Shown here: positions 7,634 through 10,033 of the stretch, in pieces
Layout: each line of letters starts with the position of its first letter
Position numbering within the stretch: position 1 is the stretch's first letter
From: Candidatus Aenigmatarchaeota archaeon
GTDB taxonomy: Archaea; Aenigmatarchaeota; Aenigmatarchaeia; CG10238-14; SpSt-28
Reading direction: 5' to 3'
Assembly: GCA_039000985.1 (NCBI GenBank)
Contig: JAWBMD010000020.1
Span: 1 to 10,033 of the forward strand
Length of the DNA stretch: 10,033 bases
Notes under the pieces: model-generated
Seen by the model: the letters and a program-made list of their open reading frames with translations, nothing else
Databases searched by the model: none
What the model was told of the DNA's origin: nothing
Program-made: the position numbers and the translations under genes

Positions 7634-9147
7634 AAAATATATTGGAGAAAGTATGGGAAAGGGAGAGAAAGGAGTTAGGATTTCTACCACTTAAAAATCC
7701 AAGGATTGAAAAAAGAGAAGGTTTTACAGCTTATATAGATTTGAGAAATAAGGAAATAGTTATAGGTAAAAAATTTATAGAAGATCTTTTTAATGCGGGT
7801 ATGAACTATGAAGATATATTTAAAGGTATATGTAGACATGAGGGTGGGCATTACAGATTCCATCCTTATGATGTATACACTATATTGCTTGAATTATATG
7901 CTCTAAAACAGTATGATGAAGGTAAGTTTGGTGGTAAGAAAGCTGAAGATATAAGATTATTTTTTGATGACGTTGTTGACAACATGTATCAAATAGTTAA
8001 CTCAAGAGATCATGGACTTGATAGGCTTTATAAAGGCATGCCCCCCATTTACAAACAGAGTAGAGTAATGAAGCTTTTATGTGCTTATTATTCTGAAATG
8101 AGCGGTTTGGATTTCGGAGTAAGTATACAAGATTTAGACAATGATTTAAAAAATAGATTAGAAAAACTCAAGAAGATAGATTTTCTAGATAGAAACAATT
8201 TAACTTTAAATATAAGGGGGTTTGCAAGATTGATTGTCGATCTTTTAGATGATAAGTATATATATACATGTGAAGGTATTGGATTGAATTTATTTGATGA
8301 GGAAGAGATGGAAAAAGGGTTGAGAAAGATTGCTAAAGAGGTTTCACCCAAAGATTTCGAGGAGATATATAAATACGTAAAGGTACGTTGTAAACATGGA
8401 GAAGATGAAAATATATCCATAAAAGCTAATGTTGAATATTACAAAACTTTGGCTATACAGTATCCTATCAAAATATTAGGTATACCTTTGAGTAATACAG
8501 TATCCTATCCCGAGCAAATGAAGGAATGGGAAATTGGAAATGAGTTAAAAAAAATTAATATTTATAGAAGTTTCGGGAAGATTTTTCCAGGTATAACTAA
8601 GCAATGGGTTGATAGCAGCTACAAAACTTATGGTGATAAGAAAAAAATACCAGATTCCATAATTGTTTTAGATTCATCTGGTAGTATGATAAATCCTAAA
8701 GGATCTGTATCACAAGCTTTAGTTGCAGCATTTTCTATAGCATTAGCTTATTTGCTAAACAATGCAAAAGTTGATGTAATAAATTTTAGTAATGGTGCAA
8801 CAGTAAAACCATATAAAAGTGCACAATCTGTATTTGAAACTCTTGTAATTTATAAGGGTAGAGGTACCGAACCACCCTACAAAGAACTAGAAGAACTTGT
8901 TAAGGATAATAACAAAGATGTGACAGTAATTACAGATGGTTTTGAAGGAGCAAGTAATGAAGATATAGAAAGATTTATGAAAGTTTTAAGCAAAATTGGA
9001 AAGAAAAATAGAGTATCTTTTGTTTATATTGCTGTAAATAAAGACGAGTATGAGCAGCTAAAAAAATATGATAATATCTTATTTCATTACGTGGAAAGAA
9101 ATGATGATATAGCATCAATTATATTAGGTGATGTAAAATGGATATAA
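7624..9147 (+). CDS. VWA domain protein with N-terminal HEXXH (zincin-like) putative metallopeptidase domain
   Basis: HEGGH at 7837-7851 with a downstream acidic helix FFDDVVDN; MIDAS DSSGS at 8671-8685, plus GRGT and VITDG. Start is probably ATG 7624 or 7630 rather than GTG 7606. Confidence 0.9.
   Translation: MEMKNILEKVWERERKELGFLPLKNPRIEKREGFTAYIDLRNKEIVIGKKFIEDLFNAGMNYEDIFKGICRHEGGHYRFHPYDVYTILLELYALKQYDEGKFGGKKAEDIRLFFDDVVDNMYQIVNSRDHGLDRLYKGMPPIYKQSRVMKLLCAYYSEMSGLDFGVSIQDLDNDLKNRLEKLKKIDFLDRNNLTLNIRGFARLIVDLLDDKYIYTCEGIGLNLFDEEEMEKGLRKIAKEVSPKDFEEIYKYVKVRCKHGEDENISIKANVEYYKTLAIQYPIKILGIPLSNTVSYPEQMKEWEIGNELKKINIYRSFGKIFPGITKQWVDSSYKTYGDKKKIPDSIIVLDSSGSMINPKGSVSQALVAAFSIALAYLLNNAKVDVINFSNGATVKPYKSAQSVFETLVIYKGRGTEPPYKELEELVKDNNKDVTVITDGFEGASNEDIERFMKVLSKIGKKNRVSFVYIAVNKDEYEQLKKYDNILFHYVERNDDIASIILGDVKWI
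9126..9132 (+). promoter_or_regulatory. Shine-Dalgarno for paralog B
   Basis: AGGTGAT ends 5 nt before ATG 9138 and is complementary to the archaeal 16S 3' end. Confidence 0.65.
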
Positions 9148-10000
9148 GAAAAAGATTAAAGGAAATAGAGGAAATCCTTCCTGGAGATTATGGAGATTTA
9201 TCTAGTGCTAAGAAATATTTAGATAGTATAGAGAGATCAGGTGTTAATAAGTTATTGAATATATTTAAGGAAATAGAAGAAGAAATAAAGAACACGGAAT
9301 TTATTATCTACTCATCTTTCTACGAAATGGTTAGTAAGGAATTAAACTTTATTACCTATAGCTTAAAAGATATAGAAGATTTATGTCCAATTATAAAAGG
9401 TGATGAAGATAGAATTGGTATATACATATCAGCAGCTATAAACAAAATAATTAAAGATGGAGATGAAGTTAGGTTAAATTTTAGAAATAGGAGAATAGAT
9501 TTCATAGGAATGTATCTTAGCAAAGGTAAGGTAATTGTAGAGGGTGATGTTGGAAATAATGTTGGTCATGGAATGAAAGGTGGTAGCATACATATAAAAG
9601 GCAATGCTAGAAGTTATATTGGTTATGAAATGGAAAATGGTAATATAATTGTAAAAGGTAATGCCGGAGATTTTGTTGGTTCCTGGATGAAAGGTGGTAG
9701 CATACATATAAAAGGCAATGCCGGTGTTGGTGTTGGTTTTGGTATGGAAAATGGTAATATAATTGTTAAAGGCAATGCCGGAGATAATGTTGGTTATGTA
9801 ATGATAGGCGGTATCATAAATATAAAAGGTAATGCTAGAAATTATGTTGGTTCTGGTATGGAAAATGGTAGCATACATATAAAAGGCAATGCCGGAAGTT
9901 TTGTTGGTTTTTATTCAAAAGGTGGTGAAATAAGAATAGATGGTGAGTATAAAAGCATATGGTGGGAGTGTGAAGCTAAGATTTATCATAAAGGAAAGCT
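9134..10000 (+). repeat. Gene-length direct repeat, copy 2 (copy 1 at 6895-7578)
   Basis: Same boundaries as copy 1; longer by a 12-nt insertion and three extra 57-bp units. Confidence 0.92.
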
Positions 10001-10013
10001 TATTAAAGATTGA
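9138..10013 (+). CDS. GXGXG beta-helix repeat protein (FwdC/GltB C-terminal-like fold), paralog B
   Basis: N-terminus nearly identical to 6899..7633; seven 19-aa coils; overlaps the VWA stop codon. Confidence 0.88.
   Translation: MDIRKRLKEIEEILPGDYGDLSSAKKYLDSIERSGVNKLLNIFKEIEEEIKNTEFIIYSSFYEMVSKELNFITYSLKDIEDLCPIIKGDEDRIGIYISAAINKIIKDGDEVRLNFRNRRIDFIGMYLSKGKVIVEGDVGNNVGHGMKGGSIHIKGNARSYIGYEMENGNIIVKGNAGDFVGSWMKGGSIHIKGNAGVGVGFGMENGNIIVKGNAGDNVGYVMIGGIINIKGNARNYVGSGMENGSIHIKGNAGSFVGFYSKGGEIRIDGEYKSIWWECEAKIYHKGKLIKD
9549..9947 (+). repeat. Seven imperfect 57-bp coding tandem repeats with a partial 114-bp alternation
   Basis: Units start every 57 nt from 9549: VGNNVGHG, ARSYIGYE, AGDFVGSW, AGVGVGFG, AGDNVGYV, ARNYVGSG, AGSFVGFY. 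Second halves alternate between MKGGSIHIKGN-type and MENGNIIVKGN-type. Confidence 0.93.
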
Positions 10014-10033
10014 TTTCTGGTTTATAAGGAATT

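Noticed and set aside
9474..9878. Minus-strand ORFs 9474..9878, 7223..7456 and 7105..7338
   Set aside because: They are antisense shadows of the repetitive Gly/Asn/Ile-rich coding strand.
9549..9947. CRISPR array in the 57-bp periodic region
   Set aside because: The period is a multiple of three, lies within an ORF, and has no unique spacers.
6899..10013. Diversity-generating retroelement (TR/VR pair)
   Set aside because: There is no reverse transcriptase in the window, both copies are full coding genes, and differences include C/T synonymous changes and indels rather than adenine-only changes.

Overview
A very AT-rich window that looks archaeal: TATA boxes sit about 20-22 nt before several ATGs, there is one AGGTGAT Shine-Dalgarno, and the gene content is DPANN-like (lineage is an inference). 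It reads as an accessory or conflict region. The left half holds a partial small gene, an isolated 30-nt archaeal CRISPR-type repeat (308-337) with no array or cas gene, a small hypothetical gene, a decayed and an intact AAA_14/DUF4143 ATPase, a HEPN-MNT toxin-antitoxin pair with signs of damage, and a membrane-anchored protein ending in an 8-cysteine domain. The right half is an overlapping four-gene operon: MoxR-type AAA+ ATPase with a Cys/His insert, GXGXG beta-helix protein A, HEXXH-metallopeptidase/VWA protein, and GXGXG beta-helix protein B. A and B are recent duplicates whose 57-bp coils differ in number (4 vs 7), appear shuffled, and vary mainly at two fixed positions per coil. This operon is the best candidate for an undescribed diversifying recognition system. 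All family calls come from motif recognition; no searches were run.
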